Assembly (NCBI RefSeq): GCF_964213995.1
Contig: NW_027590140.1
Location: 62,001 to 126,000, forward strand
Length of the DNA stretch: 64,000 bases
Source: Mustelus asterias
Lineage: Eukaryota
Direction: 5' to 3'
Below the pieces are notes generated by a model. That model had not been told where the DNA came from and did not search any database. It saw only the letters and a list, made by a program, of their open reading frames with translations. Position numbers and translations under genes: made by a program. Shown in pieces: positions 35,767 through 48,364 of this stretch (its first letter is position 1; each line of letters begins with the position of its first letter).

Positions 35767-38384
35767 ATAGTAGAGGGAGAAAGACACTAGTAGGTGTGGT
35801 ATATAGGCCCCCAAATAATAATGTTGAGGTAGGGAGGGCTATAAACAAGCAGATAAGGGATGCGTGTAAAAACGGAAGGGCAATAATCATGGAGGACTTC
35901 AACATACACATTGACTGGCAGACTCAAGTCGGTAAGGGTGGAATGGAGGAAGAGTTCATAGAATGCTGTCGGGATAGTTTCCTTGAACAGCATGTTACGG
36001 AACCGACGAGGGAACGAGCTATTTTGGATCTGGTATTGTGTAACGAGGTAGGTAGAATTAAGGATCTTATTGTGAAGGACCCTCTTGGGTCTAGTGACCA
36101 CAATATGGTCGAATTTCTGATTCAGATGGAAGAGGAGAAAGTTTGGTCCCAAACCAGTGTCCTCTGTTTGAACAGAGGGAAATATGATAGGATGAGGGAT
36201 GAATTGGCTACGGTAGACTGGGAGAGCAGGCTGGCAGGTAGGATACCTGAGGAACAGTGGAGGATTTTTATGGAGATCCTTTTCAGTTCTCAGCAAAAAT
36301 ATATTCCAGCAAAAAACAAGGATTGTAAGAAAAGGGAGAACCAGCCGTGGATAACGAAGGAAATAAAGGAGAGTATTAAAATAAAAACAGCTGCGTACAG
36401 AGTGGCCAAAAATAGTGGAGAAACAAGTGATTGGGAAAAATTTAAGAAACAACAAAGAGAGACTAAGAAAGCGATAAAAAAGGAAGGATAGACTATGAAG
36501 CTAGGCTAGCAATTAATATAAAAAATGATAGTAAAAGTTTTTATAAATATATAAAAAGGAATAGAGTGGCTAGAGTGAATGTTGGACCCTTGGAGGACGA
36601 GAGGGGGGAGTTAATAGTGGGAAATGAGGATATGGCTGAGTCTTTAAATAAGTTTTTTGTGTCGGTCTTCACGGTGGAGGACACAAATAGTTTGCCAAAT
36701 ATTAACGATAGAGGGTTGGCAGCAGGAGAAATACTTAATACAATTAATGTTACCAGAGAGGCAGTGCTGGGTAGACGAATGGGACTGAAGGTGGACAAGT
36801 CCCCGGGTCCGGATGGAATGCATCCCAGGGTATTGAAAGAAATGTCAGAGGTAATAGTGGATGCGTTAGTGATTATTTATCAAAACTCGTTGCATTCTGG
36901 GGTAGTGCCGGTTGATTGGAAAACGGCTAATGTTACGCCGCTGTTTAAAAAAGGAAGGAGACAAAAGGCGGGTAACTATAGGCCGGTGAGCTTAACGTCT
37001 GTAGTAGGGAAAATGCTGGAATCCATTATTAAAGAGGAGATAGCAGGGCCTCTGGATAGAAATGGTTCGATCAATCAGACGCAGCATGGATTCATGAGGG
37101 GAAAGTCGTGCTTGACGAACATGTTGGATTTTTATGAAGATGTGACTAGGGCGGTTGATGGAGGAGAACCGGTGGATGCGGTGTTTTTAGATTTCCAAAA
37201 GGCGTTTGATAAGGTGCCCCATAAAAGACTGCTGAAGAAGATTAGGGCACACGGAGTTGGGGGTAGTGTGTTAAAGTGGATTGGGGACTGGCTATCCGAC
37301 AGGAAGCAAAGAGTCGGAATAAATGAGTGTTTTTCCGGTTGGAGGAAGGTAACTAGTGGCGTGCCGCAGGGATCGGTACTCGGGCCGCAACTATTTAGCA
37401 TTTATATAGATGATCTGGAGGAGGGGACGGAGTGTAGGGTAACGAAGTTTGCAGACGACACAAAGATAAGTGGAAAAGTGAATCGTGTGGAGGACGGAGA
37501 AGATCTGCAGAGAGGTTTGGACAGGCTGAGTGAGTGGGCGAGGATATGGCAAATGGAGTATAACGTTGATAAATGCGAGGTTATACACTTTGGAGGAAAT
37601 AATAACAAATGGGATTACGATCTCAATGGAAAGAAATTAAAACATGCTACCGTGAAAAGGGACCTGGGGGTCCTTGTGCATGAGACGCAAAAGCCCAGTC
37701 TGCAGGTACAACAGGTGATCAAGAAGGCAAATGGGATGTTGGCCTATATCGCGAGGGGGATAGAATATAAAAGCAGGGATGTCTTGATGCACCTGTACAG
37801 GGCATTGGTGAGGCCGCAGCTGGAATACTGTGTGCAGTATTGGTCCCCTTATATGAGGAAGGATATATTGGCATTGGAGGGAGAGCAGAGAAGTTTCACC
37901 AGGTTGATACCGGAGATGAGGGGTTTGGATTATGAGGAGAGGCTGAGGAGATTGGGTTTGTACTCGTTGGAGTTTAGAAGGATGAGGGGGGATCTTATGG
38001 AGACTTATAAGATAATGCGGGGGCTGGATAGGGTGGAGGCGGAGAGATTCTTTCCACTTAGTAAGGAAGTTAAAACTAGAGGACACAGCCTCAAAATAAA
38101 GGGGGGTCGGTTTAAGACAGAGTTGAGGAGGAACTTCTTCTCCCAGAGGGTGGTGAATCTCTGGAATTCACTGCCCACTGAGGTGGTGGAGGCTACCTCG
38201 CTGAATATGTTTAAAGCACGGATGGATGGATTCCTGAGCGGTAAGGGAATTAAGGGTTATGGGGATCAGGCGGGTAAGTGGTACTGATCCACGTCAGATC
38301 AGCCATGATCTTATTGAATGGCGGGGCAGGCTCGAGGGGCTAGATGGCCTACTCCTGCTCCTATTTCTTATGTTCTTATGTTCT
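35767..38384 (+). mobile_element. Young CR1 copy, inverted near-identical partner of 28994-31613
   Basis: ORF2 pieces 35673-36491 and 36566-38287 are almost identical to the 1001 aa ORF; one frameshift in the A-run at about 36480; TTCTTATG tail. Confidence 0.95.
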
Positions 38385-39543
38385 CAGTGAAACAGAGAAT
38401 TACCGAAATGATAAAAAAATGAATCATTTCAGTGGCAGAGAAATTGACGTGTTCACGTAAATCAATCGCATAAGATTGATGGACTGGTGGTAAAAATAAG
38501 TAAAGAACTATTGGAACGTTAGGGGTTATCTGAAGATGGCTTGAAAATAACGCAATTAATGCAACACTTCAGTGAGATAAAACACTGCTTACAACTCACC
38601 GAGCCAACTGTGTTCAGGTCTGAGCCCAATAACTCACGGATGATGTACTGGCCTTGGTTATTGTGCAATACACAATACAATACACAATGATATATGATCT
38701 GAATTGTGGGTATTGGTCTCGAGAAACTTACATTTCAGTTAGTATCACAGGTCAGGAAACGTTGAAATTCAGAAAAAGAAAATTAAATGATTTAATAATG
38801 AGATTTTAAAAATGTCCGGCAGAGCTACGATCAAGGAGGAGAAAAAATGATATTAGAGCTAGCACAATAAGGTGTAATTTAACAATGGAATTGGGTTTGC
38901 AAATGTTTCCAAGAATCTGGGATTCTCAAAGCAAAAGCCTGCTGATTATTTTGAAAAATTAAAAAATGCCAAAACCTGAATACGTTTGTGTTTGGAATGT
39001 AAAAGCAAAGACGGTATATGTAGTTTTGATAATGGTCATTCATTATGTATTTGGCAGGAATGGAATGAATCGTACCGAATATGAAAAAAGTTTCGACAGA
39101 GTGGAAGGCCGCTTCCCACACATGTATTTATCTATTCTACGGAATCAGCGAAAGTCTGTGGCTCATCACACCATTCCTGGGCTTCGACTCCTCATAAATT
39201 TAAAGCAGTTTTATTTAGGGTGGTCTGGACAGGACAGCAATCTCCCCTTCATATATATATGACCTGAGAATTCATGGATGGTTATTCTGGGGCAAACGTT
39301 GAATCGACATTACACGCGGCATAGTTTCAACGACAATTCAACGGTGAATAAAATATCTGCTCCATGGAGATAAATGACACCCTTTAACTGAACATGAAAT
39401 TTCAATTGCAGGAAATAAGAACGTTGTTTCATGTTCGCACACATCGGCTGCTGGAGTTGGGCATGGCGTTACCCATAACACAAAGGACAGGGGGAGATAT
39501 TGCGTTGTGAAATGAGTCCGAAATCAGCAGAGGTTGATGGCTT

Positions 39544-42509
39544 TCATTTTTTCATTAATTTCACAATGAGACTCAGTGGATATTTTATCCCGTTTTTTAG
39601 CTCCTGTCTGAACTTCCTCTGGGTCACGCCATAAACAACGGTGTTGGTGCAAGAACTTAAAAGCTGAAGAGTATTCCCGGTTTCTTGTAAGATGAACTTT
39701 GGGTCATTAAAATTGGAGCCCGAAAAATAATTATTTTTTGTAACTCGAACATACAAGAAATTTACAACATACATTGTCCATAGCAACAAAAAACTGCCCG
39801 AGATACTGAAGAGTAAAACAATGGATTTTCTCCGGTTCTCCATCTCAGGGTCAATCGGATTTTCTCTATTGCTCTGGGTGCGGAGTCTTTTTCTGGCTCT
39901 ATTGGCACCTAGGATGTGTCTAACGGTCAGAGCATTCAGCAGTAACAACAGGAGGAACGGAAGACAAGGGGTAGAAATTCGGTCAAACCAGTCATATATT
40001 GTCCACCCAAGAGAGGTATAAAATATATCTTTAATGTTACATAACCACGCAACATTGTCCACTATGAGCATCGGTTCATAAGTCAGATAAGAGGGGATGT
40101 TTTTTAAGCAGCTCAGGGCACAAACTGTTCCTATCACCCCCACCGCCATTCTCTCAGTGCAATATTTTGTTTTCAGTTTCGAGCAACAACTGGCCACAAA
40201 TCTATCAAAGGTAAAAGCAACCGTTAACCAGACAGAACTGTCCGTGGCAGTGTAAATTAAGATAGAGGTCACAGTACAGGCTGGAGTGGTGGAAAGTCGA
40301 CTAAATCTAAAATATATACCGGCAATCCTGTTCAATATCACAGCGGTGATAATGACCAGGAGATCTGTCACCGCCATGGATAACAGGTAACGAGTGATGC
40401 ATCTGGATAGACCACACCTTCCTCTGGACAGGATCACAATGGTGACAATGTTAGCTGTAAGGCAGAGAAGAAGTATTCAGGGGAGTTACATATGGCTACT
40501 GTCAAAAGTTTGTTAACATAAAACACGGATGTTGCACAGCACGATGGCAAAGTTGTAGATTCTGATTCTGATGGACAAATTAGTCTATAAGGAGGTCGAC
40601 ATGGTTGAAAAAGCTTAACAGGAGCCATAGTTGTAAAGTGGTGTGGGTGATCTTCAGAACTGCATGCGGATCGGGGCACTGAAACCAAACCAGGACCTCC
40701 TCAATCAGTTTAATGAAAGACACCGGTGGCAGGACTCAATGTGTGTCAGCAATTCAATGATTCAGAAATTCTGCTTCAGGAAACGTGCTGGTTAGATACA
40801 GCCGTTAATTATTTCTTTTCATATATCTGGTCATATCAAATTATTGTTCAAAAATCGTTGCATCAGAAACTTATTATCAGATTGTACCGACAAACAGATT
40901 GTCTGCAAATCTCTCCATAGACTCGGGTGCATTGACGCCTGTCTGTGCACCAACTGTCTGGAATTCTATCCATAGACAGATTTTTTGCAGTTTACGAAAT
41001 GTGAAACACCAGAAAAATTATATCATTCGACACCTTGAGCCTGTTCAACCGTTCAACGACAACATGGCTGATTTGTTTGTGTTTCCAAATTCCACTTTCC
41101 AATCTACCTCCAAAAACCTTTGATTTTCTTTTCTAACAGTATATCAGCCTCTGCCTCAAAAAGGTCAAAGTCGCCATATCCACTGCCATCTCTTGCATCG
41201 AGTTCCAAAGTCATGCAACTGTCTAGAAGAAGAAGAAATAATCTCCACGTCTCTTGTCTTAACGTGGCTGCCCTTAATTTTGAAGCATTGCCGCCCCCAG
41301 TTCCAGACTCACCCAGAAGATGACATATGATTGCTGCATCCACCTCTTCAAGGCAGTTCAGGATTTCATATACGTCAATGGGTTCACCCCTCACTCTTCT
41401 AAACACCAGTGGACAATATCTCACACTGCCATAAGATAATACACTCATTCCAGATATCAAAGGAGCAGAGCTCCTCTGATGCATTCACATCCTTCATCAA
41501 AAGGAGACACCAAATCTGTGCACATTATTCCAAATGTTGTCTCATTAATGCGCTGTATGATTGAACCATTACATCCATATTATTTATATATTAAATTGCG
41601 CTCGTAATGAAGGATAGCATTTCATTGTAATTAAATCAGTCCCTGTACATTTCGAATGAAATTTCATGACTCCTGTCATTGTTTTAGATAGTCAAATCAC
41701 CCAGAATTCCTCAGAGCGCTTTTCTTGCCACATTTTGAGATGGGTTTACTTCGCCACGCCATTCACCCCCTTGATCTTTATTTAAGCAGCACAGACTGAC
41801 TTTCTTTCAATCCTATTCAGGTCCACCATTTCAATTCATGCTTTATGGCATTCAGGGATTCAAACCAAGAAACTTTTTTATCTTTATTTCATGAAGTATC
41901 GCGAATTGCCAGTAATTCAAGGTTATAAGTACCCCTCTGGGGTTTTCATCCAGTTCCCATCCGATCAGGCTCTACCTTTCCGAAAAAGTGAAGTGGTATT
42001 GAAAATAATTGGCAAGGGGAGAAATTGAAGGGAAACACTGTTTTGACAGATTTTATTTTGTGGGACATGAGCGTCGCTGGTTGGGCAGCATGCATTGGCC
42101 ATGTCAAAGGCAACTAGGGATGGGAACAAAGGCTGGCCAGTTATCGACACCCATGTCTCACGAATGAATACAAAAAAGGATTTTGCTCCAATCTCTCCAC
42201 TTGCTGTATATTTAAATACCAATTCACCTGTTTCTATCTGAAACTTACTGTTCTCTCCTCAACAAGCGGCTCACCAGCAAGACTTCACAATCCCACCTAA
42301 TGACCTTCAATCAAATTTTATTGAAATAAGGGCACTAGTGAAAGAAATCTGAAAACTTCATAAACCAAAGATTTGGACGATTCTGACACTTGGTACAGGA
42401 CACAATCTCTTTGGACAACCAGTTGTTGTAATAACTTACCCAGGACACCAACAGCAGCAAGAATCGGATAGTAAATAGCAAGCACTGGATTGTTTCCTGG
42501 GGCATGCAT
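39544..42509 (-). CDS. Rhodopsin-class orphan GPCR, GPR139/142-like; exon 1 42440-42509, exon 2 39544-40454; 326 aa
   Basis: MHAPGNNPVLAIYYPILAAVGVL|ANIVTIVILSRGRCGLSRCITRYL..MAVTDL..SVWLTVAFTFDRF..CTNTVVYG; phase-1 GT-AG intron joins in frame; 7 hydrophobic segments; no stops. Confidence 0.88.
40990..41600 (-). mobile_element. Old CR1 3' fragment in the GPCR intron
   Basis: FRRVRGEPIDVYEIL and degenerate RT C-terminus. Confidence 0.6.
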
Positions 42510-44159
42510 TCTCGTTGAGAAATGATGTGCTGAAAACAGCAGCCCTAAATCGGCTGTGACTTATTATAATAATTCCATGCTTATATCGAATGATAACTCC
42601 CATGAGGCAATGACATTTCACCTTCACAGCGTTAGTCACGGTTATCTAAACAAACATGTTATGACAGCCATGGCCAGGCTCATCATAGCTGCATAAGGAT
42701 ATATTTCAATTGATGTTTTACTACTTTAGATTAAATAAAACTTTGTTAACATTATAAAAACGACAAGATATACACGGGACAATTTCACTGTATCACAGAG
42801 TCATGCACATCGCACAGGTCCCCGGTTGAATCTCTGAGCAATGTGGTGTTGAAGAATGTCAAGGGGGAGATAATGATTAGAATAAGCACCAGTTAGGAAG
42901 CACATGTTTCGGATCCCGGTAACGAGAGGGAAATTTAGGCAGGATGCACCTTATTCTGTGATTCAGAGATCAGTGGTCACTAAGAGGATGTCACGTTGAG
43001 GTAGGAGATATATTGTTCTGTGGAAGGCAAGTCAGAGTCTGGCTGCTGACTACTGCCTTGCGACTCTAGATGGAGAGAGTGGCAGTGGAAGTGTAGGATG
43101 GACGCAGATTTATGCTGAGATGGCTCATTGACAAAGACAGCAATGCAGTACACTATGCAGAGATAATTGTGGAAACCGAATGTCCAGCTTCTGAAGTCGT
43201 TCCATTAGCAAGGCTTACATTGTGGTGGAAAGGAAGGGAAAAACGTTGGCCTTGTACACTGAATCATTCCCGGCAGATTCTATTGAAGGTTTGGTCAATA
43301 TTCTCTGTCAACTGAACACATATTTTACCTATAGACAGCCCCAACAATGCAAAACAAAATTGAGACAATCAAAGACAAAGCAACACATCTACATTCTTCA
43401 GCATTCAGTCTCCCCAACGTCGACACACAGTGGCAGTATCATGCTCCATTTACAAGAGACATTGCAGGAAGTTAACGTGCCTTGATGGACAGCACTTTCC
43501 AAAGTCAATATTCCTACTTATTCGAAGGGCAGCAGACGACTTGTGTAGTGAGTACCTGCAATGCACTGTCCAAGTCACGTAACATTGAGTTAAAAGTTTA
43601 GCTATTAGTCACAAGTAGGCGTACATTAGCACTGCAAAGAAATTACTTTCAAAATCCCCGAGTCGCCATACTCCGGCGACTGTTCTGGTACACTGAGATG
43701 GAGTTTAAAATGCAGGAGACCCAGAGGGAAGTCTCAGAAAAATCCCTTAACATCACATATCACGTATTCACATATTTACAGGAAGAGGATGAATGGCATG
43801 TTTCATACTGCCAAGGAGGATTGCCCGACGAGCACACAATCTTAATCAGCTGGACTTAAATGTGTGCACAAATGAATGCTCTTCACAACTGCTAGCACCA
43901 AGGCATTAACATTGACTGATAGGGAGCTCTTCGCATTTTCCGGCAAGTCATTTCTGAGGGCACACATGCCTTCTCCACAGTCAGTATTGAATATTTGCAT
44001 GCCAAACACCATTAAATGCTATCAAGTTGCCACCATTACTGGCGGGACTCAGGCACAGCACACTCCATGGGTTTACTATATAATAACAGTCGCTTCCACC
44101 TATGTTTTCCCAGAACCTTCCAAATTCTCTGTGCAATGGATTCCTCTTGATTCTGTGTT

Positions 44160-44497
44160 CATAGAAATCATAGAAACCCTACAGTGCAGAAGTAGGCCAT
44201 TCGGCCCATCGAGTCTGCACCGACCAGAATCCCACCCAGGCCCTACCCCCATATATTTTACCCGCTAATCCCTCTAACCTATGCATCTCAGGACTCTAAG
44301 GGGCAATTTTTAACCTGGCCAATCAACCTAACCTGCACATCTTTGGACTGTGGGAGGAAACCGGAGCACCCGGAGGAAACCCACGCAGACACGAGGAGAA
44401 TGTGCAAACTCCACACAGACAGTGACCCGAGCCGGGAATCGAACCCGAGACCCTGGAGCTGTGAAGCAGCAGTGCGAACCACTGTGCTACCGTGCCG
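44160..44497 (-). mobile_element. Full-length HE1-type SINE
   Basis: tRNA-like head at about 44425-44497, conserved core, CR1-like tail (ATAGAAATCATAGAAA on +). Confidence 0.9.
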
Positions 44498-45057
44498 CTG
44501 GCTTTAAATCTACATTAGGAGCTGTGTTTGTTCGGTCATAAACAGGTGCGTACCCCTTCACATATTTAACCTTCCTGCACAGGCCTCACTGATGTGATAC
44601 TCCTCCTGTACCTCCCAACTTGAAAATCCTGGAATGCAGTCTGCTGAATATTTGGCTATTTGGGCTGTTTGATCTGCCATTGTCAATTCCGCAAATGATA
44701 AGGGCTTTGGTTGTAAAGATGTTCCCCCTCCTGCATGGATGGGGATGAACATACCCAATACTTTACCTGATCGGTAAACCTAACATATCTGTGTGCCAAA
44801 TATAAGTGAGTATTCACATGTGCCTCCCGAGGGGAACGCTGCAGGGCCTAAGTCTCTGGTCCGACCTGAGCGAAAATCTCTACACTCATTACCAAAAAGA
44901 TACAAACACATGTTTTCATAATGGTTTTTACAATTTTCTCCCTCTTTTCCTTTTGAAAAGTAAAATCCCAACCATTGCTCAATGTCAAGTAAGTAAAACC
45001 TTTTTAAAAACTCCCATAATAAGATGTTACACTCTGTCACTTGCACTTGACTTTGAA

Positions 45058-45368
45058 TAATGGAATCCCTACAGTAAAAAAAGGAGCCATTCAGTCGATC
45101 GAGTCTGCACCGACCACCTTATGGTCCTATGGCCGTAATTGCACACATTTACCCTGCTAATCCCTGACAAAAGGGTAAATTTAGCATGACCAATCAACCT
45201 AGCTCACAGACCTCTGGACTGTGGGAGAAAACCAGAGACCCGGAGAAAACACACAGAAACGGGGAGAAGGTGCAAGCTCCACACAGACAGTGACGCAAGG
45301 CCGGAATCGAATCTGGATCCCTAGCGCTGTGAGACAGGAGTACTAATCACTGTGCCACCGTGCCGCCA
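45058..45368 (-). mobile_element. HE1-type SINE
   Basis: Same architecture as 44160-44497, more diverged. Confidence 0.85.
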
Positions 45369-45629
45369 CTTGCTTTGCTTCTGTGTTGGGAGGTGTCCAG
45401 TCGACCTTGCTTGTAGCTGTAGAAGCTCCAAAGTACTTCAGTGGCAGTTCTGTAAATGCAAACCACTCTGACTTAAGGCCTTTCAAGTTAGCAACTAGTT
45501 AATTTTGTTTTCTACTTCCTTTTCTACAGCTCCCCCGCTATTTGTGTCATGATCTGGCCTAATCTAACAACTTTTCTGCAAATACAGATAATTTTACGAA
45601 CATTATCAACATTAACAAATATAATTTTC

Positions 45630-47780
45630 AGGATTGCTCATTGGGATTTGCTTTTAGTTCGGTCAAGTATCGCCATCGCAAACCAGATGTCTCGTTAATC
45701 AGGGCACATGTTTTTTCCTGTGACCACGGCCTCAAAAGGACCCTTCCAATGAAATCCTCGTCCTCTTTTGTCTGTGATTAGTTTCACCATTGCCTTATCT
45801 CCTGGTGCAGATATAACAGGAGCATTTTCTCCCACCAGTTTAGTCCAGTCTCTGTGCTGTTGCTGACTGATTACCTGCTTTTTGAGAGGATGCAAACGAT
45901 CTATTGAGTCCCTCATACATTGAAATACTGCCCCTTGGCATATTTCAAGTTCTGCTCCACCTGTGATTTCTTCCATTGTGAAACGCATTGCCCTGCCTGT
46001 TATCAATTCCAAAGGGGTTAATCCTGTTCCATGAGTCAAAGTTTCCTGTTCCATTGCAGTCAAAGCCCGCAACCAATTGTTTCCTTTTTTTCTAAAATAG
46101 CCTTAGTTACACTGTCCATCAGTGTTCGGTTCATACGTTCTACCATCCCTAAGCCGTGAGGATGTTATGGTGTTTGAAACATTTACTTTACTCCTGACAC
46201 TCAACAGACGTCCTTTAAAACCCGTCTTGTGAAGTGGGTTACCTGATCTGAATCTAATTAAAGAGGCATTCCCCACCTCCGTATTATTTCATTACCAATA
46301 TCAGAGTTAAACTTCAGCTCATCGCATAAACGGATCTACAATTACCAAACAATATGTCCTACCTTGTTCCCCTGGCGAAAGCCCCGTAAAATCTATTTGC
46401 AAATTCCCCCATGATCCTTTGTCTCGTGGCCGGCTTCCCATTGTAAGCCTGCAGAGACGGCCTGTCTCCACTGGGCCTCACTGCAGACACCTCTCACAAA
46501 ACTTCGCCACGTCTGTTTCCAACTGCTTCCACCACTAACATTCTCTTAAAAAATTAAACATTTTCTCTCTGCCCGTATGTGCTAATCCATGGTACATTTT
46601 CAGCAACGATTACTGTATTACCTCGGGGGACTATTATATTTCTTTCCCTTCCCCATTGTCCATCATGATCTATCTGTCCTCCGTCTTTCTCCCATATTTC
46701 CTTTTCTTCCACATCTGCTTGTTCCTGCTCCTTTTTGACATCAGCTGAAGTAGTGTTGTTCCACACTACGACAGCTGCCAATCCTGTAGCCTGCTTCCAT
46801 TCTCAATCCAGTTCCACTAAATCCTTTGGCGCTTTACCAACGAAGCTGTATTCTTTCTGTGCCTGATTCGTAATTTTCCGGTAGACTTGGACTTTAATTA
46901 CTGCTGCTTCTAGGGGGCTGTTAGTTGTTCGCAGTAAAGGTGTAAGTAAATCCTCATGTTGTCTGTATCCAACACTACAAATCACAAAGTCCCGTCTGCT
47001 CCAGGCTGCCATGCAATCATGAACTATTCCAAATGCATATCCACGGTCGGAATAAACATTGAGTCATTTTCCTTGCTCCATTATAAAACCTGAGCTAAAG
47101 CCAACAACCCTGTTACTTGGCTGAATTTTACCGGGGGATTTATTACACTGCAATCACCGCTCCCTTATCTTCTCGCACCGTCCATGCAGTGCAGAGTTCT
47201 CTGTTGACATCCTTTCTTGCTCCATCTTTGTATAGGTTAATTGCCCCTTCTCCTACAAGTGGTTCCTCTGCTCATCCTCTACTTGCTTCCTGAGTCACTT
47301 CCTCAACATACTCATGCTCCGTTCTGCACTGTCAATCTTTCCGTGGAATTCTCCCTTACATCTCTGCTGGTCTCCACATGCATGTCTCCTGGCAAAAGCT
47401 TTGCTTCCCCATTTGAACGTCGTCCAGTTTTCAATGATTTTGCGGGCGCGAGGGAGATTTTTCTTCCCCATCAGTGTGAGTGGCTCGGAAACACTTATTG
47501 CCCACGAGGCACACGCACATGCTCTTCTGCATCGATACATACCTCTGACAACTGAATCTAATTCGATGGAGGAATCCGCCACCAGTCTTAAGCTCTCCCC
47601 ATGTCGTTGGCTCACTGCAGCTGCTTAGATCGCGTCATTCTCTTCACAGAAAATGTGGAAGGGTTTGGTGAGATCTGGCACCCGCAAAGCTGGAGTTCGC
47701 ACCAAAGACTGTTTTAATCTGAAAAAGCTTGTGCTTCTGCCTCTCTCCCTTCGACTCTGTCACAGCTTGCTCTTCGTCCC
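45630..47780 (-). mobile_element. Decayed endogenous retrovirus pol (RT thumb/tether, RNase H, integrase)
   Basis: TPALRVPDLTKPFHIF..SQRHGESLRLVADSSIELDSVVRG (tether); NVYSDRGYAFGIVHD (RNase H); YHGLAHTG..WWKQLETDVAKFCERCLQ*, LQIDFTG, CLVIVDPF, DSDQVTHFT, GMVERMNRTL, WKGPF (integrase); many frameshifts. Confidence 0.85.
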
Positions 47781-48364
47781 TTGGTCAAATCTTGCAAGGG
47801 CTTCACCAATGCAACATGTTGTGGGAAATTATTTTAAGTGGCCTGATTAATTTAAAGATCTTTTCATTCAACATTTCATTTCACAAAAGGCAAAAAAGAA
47901 GTTTATTCAGTTCAATGAAATTTTTCAATTAAACTGGTTTTTATTAAAACATTGAAATGTTAGAATGAAAAACATTACCAATTAACATAATTCAGACAAA
48001 CATACAATTAGGACAAGACAAATATCATTTTTGCAAAAATAAGAGACCAATAGTTCCACCGACACAGCTAATGCGCTAACAGGCTTTCACAAAAGATCTC
48101 AGATTTCATGCCAAGAAAATGGAAGAGTAATGCTTCATTCTCAGATTAATCTGCCCAGCACATAATTAACAACAATTTTATTCATTAATTGATCCGTCAG
48201 TCTACTGATAAAATGTTTTTCAATCAATAACTTTCTGACATCTTCAAATACATCTCTGTTAATCAGTCTGTTTTCTGGAAGTTCTCTCCCTAAAAATGGC
48301 TTCTTATGGTTCAGCATTTTCTTTAACCAATTTAAACCTTTTCCATTGAAGGCACCTTTATTTA

